The notes beneath the pieces were generated by a model. It was given only the letters and a program-made list of their open reading frames with translations, was not told the DNA's origin and did not search any database. Shown in pieces: positions 1-9,385 of a stretch of DNA of 64,000 bases. Origin of the DNA: Trueperaceae bacterium (GTDB taxonomy: Bacteria; Deinococcota; Deinococci; Deinococcales; Trueperaceae). The stretch lies in contig OZ243956.1 in the NCBI GenBank assembly GCA_965214405.1, positions 2,784,001 through 2,848,000 on the forward strand, given 5' to 3'. Position 1 is the stretch's first letter. Each line of letters starts with the position of its first letter. Made by a program: the position numbers and the translations under genes.

Positions 1-420
1 CACGGCGTCTACGGCCACATCGACCACGTCAAGATGCACCGCGCCACGAGCGCCGCCTTTTGGTCCGCGGACGGCGTGACGAACACGCCGCCCAAGCGCC
101 TCTTTTACACGGTTTTGGCGAGTGAGCGGATGCGGGCGATGCAAGAAACGCGGGGGCGTTCGCCCCTGGCCGAGCTCGACCCCGGCGTCTACGGCGTAAA
201 CAAAGATACATTCGCCGCCGTGCTCGACGTGTCGCCTTTTAAGGAGCAAAAAGAGGCCGCCGTCCGCGCGCACCGCAGCCAGACGGGGCCGCAGTCGTCG
301 TTTGCCGATATGCCCGAGGAGATGTGGCGGGAGATGTTTTTGAAAGAGACGTTTACGCTGGGGGGACTCCGCGGGAGTTTTCCCGATATGCCGGTGGACG
401 ACCTTTTCGCCGGGCTTTAA
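1..420 (+). CDS. PIG-L family deacetylase, C-terminal part (5' end outside window)
   Basis: Frame is open from base 1 (HGVYGHIDHVKMH, the G-H-x-D-H metal motif); later VLDVSPFKEQKEAAVRAHRSQ is typical of PIG-L/BshB/MshB proteins. Confidence 0.85.
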   Translation, partial: HGVYGHIDHVKMHRATSAAFWSADGVTNTPPKRLFYTVLASERMRAMQETRGRSPLAELDPGVYGVNKDTFAAVLDVSPFKEQKEAAVRAHRSQTGPQSSFADMPEEMWREMFLKETFTLGGLRGSFPDMPVDDLFAGL

Positions 421-431
421 GCTGAGTCAAA

Positions 432-662
432 TTAAACGAGTTCGCCCTTTGCATCGTCGAAACGGTAGGCGGTAAGCCCCTTTACCGCCCCCAGACGCTC
501 AGCCAAGTCCTCATCTTTGACGACTGCGTAGTTCGCGCCGTCAACGCGCACGGCCTGGACCAGCCCCTCGTTCGAGGCCCACTTCCAGAGTTCCATCAAG
601 TCTTTGTTTTTGAGGAGGACGGTGCCGGTTAGGTCTCGAGCCTCAAACGCTGGATGAATCAT
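432..662 (-). CDS. Hypothetical protein (76 aa)
   Basis: ORF fills the gap; TAAACT 5 nt before the ATG suggests a leaderless start. Confidence 0.65.
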   Translation of the reverse strand: MIHPAFEARDLTGTVLLKNKDLMELWKWASNEGLVQAVRVDGANYAVVKDEDLAERLGAVKGLTAYRFDDAKGELV

Positions 663-692
663 GCTTTAGTTTACGCTTTGAAGAAGGTGACA

Positions 693-1640
693 TTAAAGCT
701 TCGAAATTCGTTCTAGCAGTAATCTAAACAGACCCTCAGCATTAACCTCTGTTACCCACGAAGCATTGGAGGCTTTACCCGAGAAATTCCATGTGTCTAC
801 AACGCTCGTTCCCATCATCAATTCCGAACCTGTCTCAACTCTTACATGTCTTTCAACGCCTCTAAATAAATCAGAGTCGAGCAAGTAAGCAACAGTCAGC
901 ACATCATGTATGGGTGCAGTGTCTTGGCCGTAAATATCTTCGTATGCACGGTTAAAGTAATCTACAGACGCTTTTAGGATGTGAGACGCTGGTGTAGCAG
1001 CCAGGTCGTTTATGTGTTCTCGCCATACGTGGGGTACTCGAGCTTGATGCGTTGCGTCCAATCCAAAAATCGTTATGGGTCTGCCGCAAGTCAAGACGAC
1101 CTCAGCCGCGTGAGGGTCAACATAAAAGTTGAATTCTGCCGCCGCGGTGACGTTGCCCCCTTCACGGACACTGCCGCCCATAATGACAATTTCCTTGATT
1201 TTGGCAGCAACGTGGGGTGCTTGGATCAGCGCCATAGCAATATTGGTTAGGGGCGCAATACAAACTAGAGTGACGCCAAAATCATCCGCCTGCTCGAGCG
1301 TCTCAATCAGAAAATTAACCGCGTGCTCTCTTTGCAGAGGCAACTTGGGTTCATAGATCTCAATGCCGTTGAGACCGTTGATGCCGTGATACTCCTCAGC
1401 AGTAACAAGTTTACGGAACATGGGACGTTCACAACCCGCATAAACGCGAACATCTGTTTTTCCCAGCATGTCGCAGATGAGGCGAGCGTTACGCTGAGTC
1501 ATGTCGAGTTGAACGTTGCCCGCCACCGTAGTGACGCCAATGATATCAAGTTTTTCTGGTGCAGCTAACGCAAGCATTAAAGCAATAGCGTCGTCTTGTC
1601 CTGGGTCGCAATCGATAACGATAGGCAAAGGTTTAGTCAC
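693..1640 (-). CDS. Inosine/uridine-preferring nucleoside hydrolase
   Basis: N-terminal DCDPGQDD motif, AEFNFYVDPHAA and PIHD; lower GC than neighbours. Confidence 0.93.
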   Translation of the reverse strand: MTKPLPIVIDCDPGQDDAIALMLALAAPEKLDIIGVTTVAGNVQLDMTQRNARLICDMLGKTDVRVYAGCERPMFRKLVTAEEYHGINGLNGIEIYEPKLPLQREHAVNFLIETLEQADDFGVTLVCIAPLTNIAMALIQAPHVAAKIKEIVIMGGSVREGGNVTAAAEFNFYVDPHAAEVVLTCGRPITIFGLDATHQARVPHVWREHINDLAATPASHILKASVDYFNRAYEDIYGQDTAPIHDVLTVAYLLDSDLFRGVERHVRVETGSELMMGTSVVDTWNFSGKASNASWVTEVNAEGLFRLLLERISKL

Positions 1641-1772
1641 AAGAAACTATACGTCAAGCTGATTCCAGCACAAAGTTATGACCATCTTTGAAACGAAAAA
1701 AGCTAGAAACCTCACCACGCTGTGAGATGTAAACTTATAAAACAAGGCGGCAACGAAATTCTGGAATTTTAA

Positions 1773-1799
1773 GGCAGGGACATATAAATTGCCCCTGCC
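1773..1799 (-). terminator. Hairpin just downstream of pruA, probable intrinsic terminator
   Basis: ggcaggga...cccctgcc imperfect stem, followed by T residues on the minus strand. Confidence 0.5.
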
Positions 1800-1806
1800 G
1801 CACCTC

Positions 1807-3360
1807 CTAAAACCGCTCGCTCACCGTCTTCATCTCCATAAAGAGCCTTAGATAGTCGGGGCCGCCCGCCTTGGCGTTCGAGCCCGAGAGCTTGTAGCCG
1901 CCAAAGGGCTGCACGCCCACGAGCGCGCCCGTGATTTTGCGGTTCAAGTAGAGGTTGCCCACCTGAAAGTCGCGGCGGGCCTGCTCGAGCCTCGCCCGAC
2001 TTTTAGAAATCACCCCGCCCGTGAGCCCGTAGACGGTCGCGTTGGCAATCTCTAGCGCGTGGTCGAAGTCGCGCGCCTTCATCACCGCAACAATGGGGCC
2101 GAAAATCTCCTCGCAGGCGATGGACGCGCTCTGCGGCACCTCGGCGAAGACGGTGGGCTGGATGAAGTAACCCTCGCCCTTCGCGCGGTCGCCCCCGGTG
2201 ACGAGGCGCGCTTCAACCTTGCCAAGCTCGAGATAATGCATAATCTTGTCCACCGCTTTTTGATTGATGACCGCGGCCACATCGGGATTCTCTTCAGCGG
2301 GACCTATGGTGAGGGCTTCCACGCGTTCGACAAACTTCTCTAACAATTCATCGTAAACCTCGTCCACGATGATAAAACGGCTCATTGCCGAGCACTTCTG
2401 CCCCTGAAAGCCGTAGCCACTCGCCGCCGCCGCCGCCGCCGCGTAGTCTAAGTCGGCGGTCTCGTCAACGATGAGCGCGTCCTTGCCGCCGAGTTCGACG
2501 AACACCTTTTTGAGCCACTTCTGGCCCGGCTGCACCTTGGCGGCGCGTTCGTTGATGCGCACCCCCGTGGCGAGCGAGCCCGTGAAGTTGATAAAGCGCG
2601 TGCGCGGGTGGTCGACTAGCGCGTCGCCCAAGTCGGCGTCGTCGCCGGTAAGCAAGTTAATCACGCCGGGGGGAAAGCCCGCCTCGGCCACGCACTCCAT
2701 AAACTTCTGCGCGATGATGGGCGTGTCGGGAGAGGGCTTGATGATGACGGTGTTGCCGACGACCACCGGGCCGACGGCGGTGCCCACGAGAATCGCTAAG
2801 AGGAAGTTCCACGGCGAGATGACCACGCCGACGCCCAGCGGGACTAAAAAGGAAGTGTTCTCCTCGCCGGGGAAATCGTAGGTCTCGAGCGGCCCGTCAA
2901 GCCTCAGCGCCTGCCGCGCGTAATACTCGCAGAAGTCGATGGCCTCGGCCACGTCGGCCTCGGCCTCGGGAAAATTTTTGGCGGCCTCCAAGGTTTCCCA
3001 GGCGGAGAGTTCCCACTTGCGGCGGCGCATCACCGCGGCGAGCTTGACAAGCGCCCTCGCGCGGTGGGCCATCGGCAACCGTGACCAGTCGTCGTAGGCG
3101 TTCCAGGCGGCGTCCATCGCCTTTTCGATTTCTTTGCTCTTGCCCTTGGCGGTGCGCCCCACCACCTCGTCCGGGCGGCTGGGGTTGCGGGACTCGAGCC
3201 ACTCCCCCGTTACGACCGTCTCGCCGTTGATAACGAGCGGGTAGTCGCGCCCAAGTTCGGCGCGCGCAGCTTTTAGCGCCTCCCGAAACGCCGCCTGCGG
3301 CTCGGGGGTCGAAAAGTCGGAGTAGGGTTCGTTGCGGTAGGGTTCAAAAAGTTCGTTCAT
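1807..3360 (-). CDS. pruA: L-glutamate gamma-semialdehyde (P5C) dehydrogenase
   Basis: ALDH motifs PWNF, FTGS, ELGGK, GQKCSA and EEIFGP; C-terminal KAGGPDYL; adjacent to proline dehydrogenase. Confidence 0.95.
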   Translation of the reverse strand: MNELFEPYRNEPYSDFSTPEPQAAFREALKAARAELGRDYPLVINGETVVTGEWLESRNPSRPDEVVGRTAKGKSKEIEKAMDAAWNAYDDWSRLPMAHRARALVKLAAVMRRRKWELSAWETLEAAKNFPEAEADVAEAIDFCEYYARQALRLDGPLETYDFPGEENTSFLVPLGVGVVISPWNFLLAILVGTAVGPVVVGNTVIIKPSPDTPIIAQKFMECVAEAGFPPGVINLLTGDDADLGDALVDHPRTRFINFTGSLATGVRINERAAKVQPGQKWLKKVFVELGGKDALIVDETADLDYAAAAAAASGYGFQGQKCSAMSRFIIVDEVYDELLEKFVERVEALTIGPAEENPDVAAVINQKAVDKIMHYLELGKVEARLVTGGDRAKGEGYFIQPTVFAEVPQSASIACEEIFGPIVAVMKARDFDHALEIANATVYGLTGGVISKSRARLEQARRDFQVGNLYLNRKITGALVGVQPFGGYKLSGSNAKAGGPDYLRLFMEMKTVSERF

Positions 3361-3484
3361 GGGTCTCCTGAAAAGCGCAAATCACACGCTGAAAAAGTTG
3401 AGCGAGTGTGTTTACAAAGGTCAAACAGTAGCGTCCGAAGCTGCCCGGATATTCTTCACAGTCTGTGACGCTCTCTAAATTGCC

Positions 3485-4414
3485 TTAACCAAAAAGCCCG
3501 CGCACCACGAACATCAGGTTTGCGGGGCGCTCGGCCAGACGGCGGCTGAAGTAGCCGTACCAGTCCTCACCGTAAGGCACGTAGATTCTTACCCTATGCC
3601 CCGCGGCGACGAGGCGTTCTTGCAAAGACGGTTTGACGCCGTAGAGAAGCTGAAATTCGTAGCGGTCGGTACTCAGTTCGTGCGTCTTAATATAGTCCTC
3701 GACCTCGCGGATGATGCTTTCGTCGTGCGTCGCCACATTGACTTTAGCGCCGCCGTTAAGCCCCGCGAACACCATACCCCGGTAGGTTTTATCCACATCG
3801 GCTTTGTCTTGAAAGGCTACTTTATCGCTCTCGCGGTAGGCACCCTTGACGATGCGCAAGGTAGGTTTGGGGTCCAGGGTCAAAAGCGTATTAAGATCGT
3901 CTGGGCTCCGGTAGAGGTAGCTTTGCAGAACAGTCGAGAGGTTGTGAAAACCCTCATTGTGAAGTTCCTTGTAAACCTGAAGCGTCCCGTCCACAAAGGG
4001 ATAGTTCTCCATATCGAGGCAGATGTTCGCGCCGACCTCTCGAGCCCGCGTCGCCACCCGCCGCGCGTTTTCGAGCGTTAAGTCCGTGCCCACGCCGAGC
4101 CCCAGTTGGGTGGGTTTCACGCTCATGTAGCGGTTGATGGGCTCGCCGGAGAGCACGTCCAGCGTCCGCAGGATTTCCCTGGTCATCGCCTCGACGCCTT
4201 CACGCGTGTCCACGAACTCGCCTAACAAATCAAGGATGCCGTGCAGGCCACGTTTTTCCAAATCGTGAAGCGCGGGGAGAGCGTCCTCTAGCGTTTCGCC
4301 CGCGACAAAGCGGCCCACGCCGAGCTTCCAGCCCTGGCTCTTGAGAAAGCTCGAGACGGGCGCGGCGTCGGCAACGCCCAAAAGGCCGCGGCGGTAGAGG
4401 GCGTCAAAGGTCAC
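3485..4414 (-). CDS. Monofunctional proline dehydrogenase
   Basis: RFVAGE, LDLLGE, SVKPTQLG, VKGAYRE, ATHD and YVPYG..WYGYFSRRLAERPAN. Confidence 0.95.
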   Translation of the reverse strand: MTFDALYRRGLLGVADAAPVSSFLKSQGWKLGVGRFVAGETLEDALPALHDLEKRGLHGILDLLGEFVDTREGVEAMTREILRTLDVLSGEPINRYMSVKPTQLGLGVGTDLTLENARRVATRAREVGANICLDMENYPFVDGTLQVYKELHNEGFHNLSTVLQSYLYRSPDDLNTLLTLDPKPTLRIVKGAYRESDKVAFQDKADVDKTYRGMVFAGLNGGAKVNVATHDESIIREVEDYIKTHELSTDRYEFQLLYGVKPSLQERLVAAGHRVRIYVPYGEDWYGYFSRRLAERPANLMFVVRGLFG

Positions 4415-4839
4415 CGGAAAACTCCGCAGGAACCGTATGTATCAGATGCCGTGTTTTTCATACCTCATTCTACCAACTTGGGGAACGTTTCGAAGGAGTT
4501 CACAATAGGAGAATCACTCCTACAGGAGTAAAACTTCGCATATTCGCCCCTCCCGGCCTCTGCTAAGCTCAGGCCAAGGGACGGGGCCTCAACTATGGAA
4601 CCGATACGGACATTGCGCACCACACAAGGAGACTCTTCCATCGGCGGCTGCTTTATCTATTCTCGAAAACTTTGCCGTTCAACCAGTAGCCGTGGGCGCT
4701 CGGTGAGTCCACCACAGTATATTGGTGATATTTTTGCGAGGGGCGTAGCGCGACGCGCCGCCTTTTTTGGGGCGAGTAGAAACGCCGCGCGTTCTTTTGG
4801 CAACTTCTTACCTCTTGGGCGCGTTCAAGGAACGCGGGC

Positions 4840-5514
4840 GTGAAGATTTTTCTCATTCGCCACGGCGAGACCGATTGGCAGCAGCTAGAAGCGCGCGGGG
4901 TGCGGGGTTTGGCGCGCTCGTTCGCGCCGCTCACGCCGCTGGGCCGCGTCCAGATTGACGCCATCGCCAACGACTACCGCTTGGAGGAGGCCGAGGCGAT
5001 TCTTTGTTCGTCGTACGCGCGGGCGCTCGAGTCCGCCGCGCGGCTTTCTAGGGCGCTCAACAAGCCCATCTACGTCGAGTACGACTTGCACGAATGGCTC
5101 CCCCAAAAAGACGGCGACGGTGACGACGACGAACTCACGCTCGCGCAGGCCAGCAAAGAGCTCACCTACTACACGGGTTACTTTCCCTATCCCGAACGCC
5201 GCGCGCGCCGGGAGCCGCGCTCCGAAACCAGGGAGCGCCGCGTGCCCGTGAGCGAGCGCCAAGCGCCGCCGCCCGAGGCCCGCACCTGGGAAACGTTGGA
5301 AGAGGTTCGGGCGCGCGTTATCGGCGTGTTGCAGCGCTATCGTCACCTCTCCTCCATCGTTCTGGTTTCGCACGCGGTTGTGATGACGAGTCTTCTGAAC
5401 GTAAGGCGGCCCTTTGAATACGCCGAGATCGTCCCCTTAGAACTCGATTTAGACGCGATGGTTGGAGAAGAGAGGCCGGAGGGGGCGACGACGCAGAGGG
5501 TGCCGGGTCGGTAG
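4840..5514 (+). CDS. Histidine phosphatase (phosphoglycerate mutase-like) family protein
   Basis: IFLIRHGET, SSYARALES, LHEW and LVSH motifs. Confidence 0.88.
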   Translation: MKIFLIRHGETDWQQLEARGVRGLARSFAPLTPLGRVQIDAIANDYRLEEAEAILCSSYARALESAARLSRALNKPIYVEYDLHEWLPQKDGDGDDDELTLAQASKELTYYTGYFPYPERRARREPRSETRERRVPVSERQAPPPEARTWETLEEVRARVIGVLQRYRHLSSIVLVSHAVVMTSLLNVRRPFEYAEIVPLELDLDAMVGEERPEGATTQRVPGR

Positions 5515-5605
5515 AGGCGCACGGCTTTTTCCACACCCTGCGTTCCCGCTTCGCGCTTTCTCACCTCCCACTGCTCGTTTTATGCTGCCCGTTTTATGAT
5601 GAGGC

Positions 5606-6217
5606 ATGATAGACCATCCTCTCGTTCTCTCGGGCCAGTCGGTGCGGCTCGAGCCCCTAGAACCCCACCACATCCCCGCACTCATGGCTATCGCGCAAAA
5701 ATCGCCTGAAGAATACCGCTACACCTCGACGCCCGTAACCGAGGCGCAGCAGGATAAATATTTTGAAGCGGCGTTTAAGGGCCAGAAGGCAGGGACGGCG
5801 TATCCTTTTGTGCTGCTGGACGCGCGCACAAGCCAAATTATTGGCAGCAGCCGCTATAGCGACATCATCTGGCGGCACCGCAACTGCGAACTCGGTTATA
5901 CCTGGCTTGACCCTGCGTATCAGGGGAGCGCGGTCAATGTGGAGAGCAAGTTCTTGATGCTCGAGCACGCTTTTGAAACTTTGAAGTTCCTGCGCGTCCA
6001 GATTCACACCGACACCCGCAACACCCGCTCACAAAAAGCCATCGAGGCGTTGGGCGCGACCTTTGAGGGTGTGCTGCGCCGCCACATGGTCGCCAAAGAC
6101 GGCTTTGTGCGCGACACCAATGTTTATTCCGTCGTGGACACGGACTGGCCCGAGGTCAAAAAAAGGCTAGAAGAACGCGTCGCTCAAAAGCTAGCGTGGG
6201 TGAACGCGGAGGGGTAG
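5606..6217 (+). CDS. GNAT N-acetyltransferase (RimJ/RimL-like)
   Basis: ELGYTWL, VNVESKFLMLEHAFE and NTRSQKAIEALGATFEGVLR. Confidence 0.92.
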   Translation: MIDHPLVLSGQSVRLEPLEPHHIPALMAIAQKSPEEYRYTSTPVTEAQQDKYFEAAFKGQKAGTAYPFVLLDARTSQIIGSSRYSDIIWRHRNCELGYTWLDPAYQGSAVNVESKFLMLEHAFETLKFLRVQIHTDTRNTRSQKAIEALGATFEGVLRRHMVAKDGFVRDTNVYSVVDTDWPEVKKRLEERVAQKLAWVNAEG

Positions 6218-7504
6218 GCCGCCCTTAGGATGGACCGTGTTGCCCGTTTCCTCAATGGGGTCGGCCCAGGCGGGCTCGAGCCGAAAGCGCCTGAAGAGCT
6301 CCCGCACCGTCTCCGAGATGACGAGCGTCGCAAGCCCCGCGCCGATGCAGTAACGCGCGCCGCCGCCGAAGGGAATATAGAGCGCGGGCGAGGGTTTGTC
6401 AGCGTCCGGTTGGCTGCGGTCCCAGCGGTCGGGGTCGAAGCGTTCCGGGTCGCGCCAGGCCGCGCCGCGGTGCGTGAGGTGGGTTGAAAACGCGACAAGA
6501 CTCCCCGCCGGGATGCGGTAGCCCGCAAAGGAAAAATCCTCGGCGGCTTGCCTCAAAATAGCGGGAACGGGCGGGTAGAGCCGCAGCGTTTCCTTGATGA
6601 CGCGCTCCAAATAGACCGTTTCCTCTCCCGCCAACTCCTCCAAAAAGCGCGCCTGCACCTCCGGACGGTGCAAGTTGTAAACCGTCCAGGTGAGCGCGGC
6701 GGAGGTTGTGTCGAAACCCGCCGACACGAGGCTCACCGCGCCGTCGCGCACCTCGCGGTCGGAAAGTTTTTGCCCCGTCTCGTCCTCCGCCGTGAGGAGG
6801 AGCGAGAGCACATCCTGGCCCGTTTCGTCTCTTGGATGGCGACCGCGCCGCGCGATTTCGGCCCAGAGCACCGCGTCGGTGGTGCGGCGCGCGCGTAGAA
6901 ATGCGTGCCAGGGCGTGCCGGGTAGGGGGAGCTTGAAAAGCTGCGCGAAAAAAGAGCGGTTGGCAAACGTCATCATCGCGCCCACGCTGCTCACAACCTC
7001 GGGGTGGCGCGCCAGCGCGTCGGCTCCCAACAAAATCTCGCAGATGCTGGCGAGGACGGCGGGTTTGACGGCGTCGTAGAGGTGGACCGTCTGGGGGGGC
7101 TGCCAGGACTCAAAAAGCCGCGCGTTTTGCGCCCTGATGATGGTTGCTGAGCGCTCCAAGCCCCGCTTGTGAAAAGCGGGCTGCACCATACGGCGGCGTC
7201 TCAAGTGGTCGGGCTCGTCGCTGGAGATAAGCGCGCCCGCCCCGCCGATGGGTTCCAAAAAGCGGTAGGCGGGGCGCAACCGAAAAACCTCGGGCCGCTC
7301 GAGCATCAACCGGTTTGCCTCTTCACCGATAAGCCAGACGAAACGGATGGGAGGCACGCCAAACGCGAACGCCTCGCCGTAGCCGTTGTAAAGCCTCGAG
7401 ACCGCCGCGTTGGGCGACTTTGCCGCAAGCCGCATTACCTCGAGATGTTCGCGGCCCTTGGGTGAAGGAACGAGCGGGAGAGAAACCGCCTGGGTGGACG
7501 CCAT
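6191..7504 (-). CDS. Cytochrome P450
   Basis: AGFDTT I-helix, ETLR (ExxR), PERF and FGGGARYCIG heme-ligand motif; 27-bp convergent overlap with the GNAT gene. Confidence 0.95.
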   Translation of the reverse strand: MASTQAVSLPLVPSPKGREHLEVMRLAAKSPNAAVSRLYNGYGEAFAFGVPPIRFVWLIGEEANRLMLERPEVFRLRPAYRFLEPIGGAGALISSDEPDHLRRRRMVQPAFHKRGLERSATIIRAQNARLFESWQPPQTVHLYDAVKPAVLASICEILLGADALARHPEVVSSVGAMMTFANRSFFAQLFKLPLPGTPWHAFLRARRTTDAVLWAEIARRGRHPRDETGQDVLSLLLTAEDETGQKLSDREVRDGAVSLVSAGFDTTSAALTWTVYNLHRPEVQARFLEELAGEETVYLERVIKETLRLYPPVPAILRQAAEDFSFAGYRIPAGSLVAFSTHLTHRGAAWRDPERFDPDRWDRSQPDADKPSPALYIPFGGGARYCIGAGLATLVISETVRELFRRFRLEPAWADPIEETGNTVHPKGGLPLRVHPR

Positions 7505-7635
7505 ATATTCACCATACGGCAGGCACGGGCCAGAAACTGGGTGGTGTCAACCTTTGCTGCTTATGAACGTCCTTATCAGAGATAAGGCCAGCACTCCGCA
7601 CCTTACTTCTTGCTTCTCCCGTTCCTAATGACGTC

Positions 7636-8355
7636 TCACCTGATGCCGTGCAGAATCTCCTCGAGCCCCTCCGGGTCGTCTAAATAAACCTCCTTGGGCC
7701 GCGTCGAGATGACGCCCTCGCCCTCCAAAGTCTTGAGCGCCCGCGTGACCGTTTCGCGGCTCGTGCCCGCCAGGCTGGCTAAATCCTGGTGTGTGAGGCG
7801 CACGAGCGTCCGGCCGTCGCCGGTAAATTCGACCAAGCCGTTGTGGTGAAGCCGCAAGAGCACATAGGCCACCCGGCCCTGCGCGTCTTTGTAGGAGAGC
7901 ACCTGCGCCTCGTCGTTCATGCCGCCCAGGCGGTTGGTGAGCGTGGTGGTGACGTTGAGACTGATTGCGGGGTAGCCTGTGAGGAGCTTTCGAAAATCGT
8001 TCTCGAACATCATCAGCACTTCGGTCTGGTTGATGGTTACCGCGGTCGCGGAGCGCCGCGCGTCGCTCAAGAGCGCCATCTCGCCGAAAAACTCGGGCGT
8101 CTTGAGGATGGCGAGCGTTTTCTCGTGGCCTTCCAAGTCAACTTTGGAGAGTTTGACCATGCCCTGAGAGAGGATGTAGAGTGCTTCGCCCTCGTCGCCC
8201 TCGCGGAAAAGTACCGTGTCCGCCTCGAAACGCCGCCGCTGGACCACCGACGCCGCCACCTCCAAGGCCCGGTCCGGCACCCCGCGAAAAAGCGGGACGG
8301 TGGCGAGAAAGTCCTGCGTCTCGGTCACAGCCTCTCCCTGGTTACCTTTGACCAT
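7636..8355 (-). CDS. Crp/Fnr family transcriptional regulator (start may be GTG 8328)
   Basis: cNMP domain FFGEMALL..RSATA; HTH LTHQDLASLAGTSRETVTR. Confidence 0.95.
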   Translation of the reverse strand: MVKGNQGEAVTETQDFLATVPLFRGVPDRALEVAASVVQRRRFEADTVLFREGDEGEALYILSQGMVKLSKVDLEGHEKTLAILKTPEFFGEMALLSDARRSATAVTINQTEVLMMFENDFRKLLTGYPAISLNVTTTLTNRLGGMNDEAQVLSYKDAQGRVAYVLLRLHHNGLVEFTGDGRTLVRLTHQDLASLAGTSRETVTRALKTLEGEGVISTRPKEVYLDDPEGLEEILHGIR

Positions 8356-8561
8356 AACGCTGTGAGCCTCTGAGGAAGTCGTGACGGGCGCTGTGCAGAA
8401 GAGAGTAGAACACCGTTGCTGATAGGTTTGGCTGCCATGAAGTCCATAAGTGCTCGCAGCTTACCACGCGCCCCTCCCCGCGGCGCTTGCGCTTTTTCGC
8501 ACTTTTACCCGCACGCGTCTAAACATGACTCGCGGGACGGTTTAGTGGCTATAGTAGAAGC

Positions 8562-9284
8562 GTGAGTCGTGTGACTAGTAGTGCGAATGTGAGTAGTGCA
8601 AATATGAACCATATGGATCGTCCCGTTCTGCGCGCGGCGAATCTGCACCGTTCTTTTAGGACCGCCGACAGCGTGGTGGAGGTGCTTAAGGGGGTTGAGC
8701 TCGAGCTTTCCGAGGGAGACGTGGTCGCCATTTTGGGTCCCTCGGGTTCGGGTAAATCGACGCTGCTGCACCTTTTGGGCGGCCTCGACAAGCCGACCGG
8801 GGGCGAAATCTTTTGGGGCGACGTGGCGGTTCATGAGGAGCCTCAGCGCGCATTGGCGGCTCTAAGACAGAAGCGCCTGGGTCTGGTGTTTCAGCAGCAC
8901 TACCTCCTGTCCGACTTAAGCGTGCTCGACAACGTGATGCTGCCGGGGCGCATCGGCGGGAGGCCTGACCGGGCGCGCGCCGCTGAGCTTGTCGAGCGGG
9001 TGGGGCTAACAGGACGCGCGTCTTTTCTCCCTCACAAGCTTTCGGGGGGCGAGCGGCAGCGCGTGGCGGTCGCGCGCGCACTCTACGCGCGCGCGCCGCT
9101 CATCCTGGCAGACGAGCCCACCGGCTCCCTGGACCGCCACAACGCGGTGGCGGTCTACGAGCTTTTGGTCGCGCTGGCAAGAGAAGAAGGGAGCGCGGTC
9201 TTGATGGTGACCCACGACGAGGGGCTGGTGCGCGACGTAGACCGGCGCTACAGCCTGCGCGACGGCGTGTTAGTTGCCGCCTAA
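8562..9284 (+). CDS. LolD-like ABC transporter ATP-binding protein, no adjacent permease (true start probably 8604 or 8613)
   Basis: GPSGSGKST, LSGGERQRVAVARAL, ADEPTGSLD and MVTHD. Confidence 0.9.
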   Translation: MSRVTSSANVSSANMNHMDRPVLRAANLHRSFRTADSVVEVLKGVELELSEGDVVAILGPSGSGKSTLLHLLGGLDKPTGGEIFWGDVAVHEEPQRALAALRQKRLGLVFQQHYLLSDLSVLDNVMLPGRIGGRPDRARAAELVERVGLTGRASFLPHKLSGGERQRVAVARALYARAPLILADEPTGSLDRHNAVAVYELLVALAREEGSAVLMVTHDEGLVRDVDRRYSLRDGVLVAA

Positions 9285-9385
9285 GCTGTTAAGTTTCCGC
9301 TCGCTTCATACCAAAGGCCACTGACGACGGAACCACCCGGCGCAACGCTCGTATCTTCCCCCTCAGCGGATGCTAAGGTAAACTT

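Noticed and set aside
4595..4843. 82-aa ORF or possible structured RNA upstream of the phosphatase
   Set aside because: No protein-like composition and no recognisable riboswitch consensus
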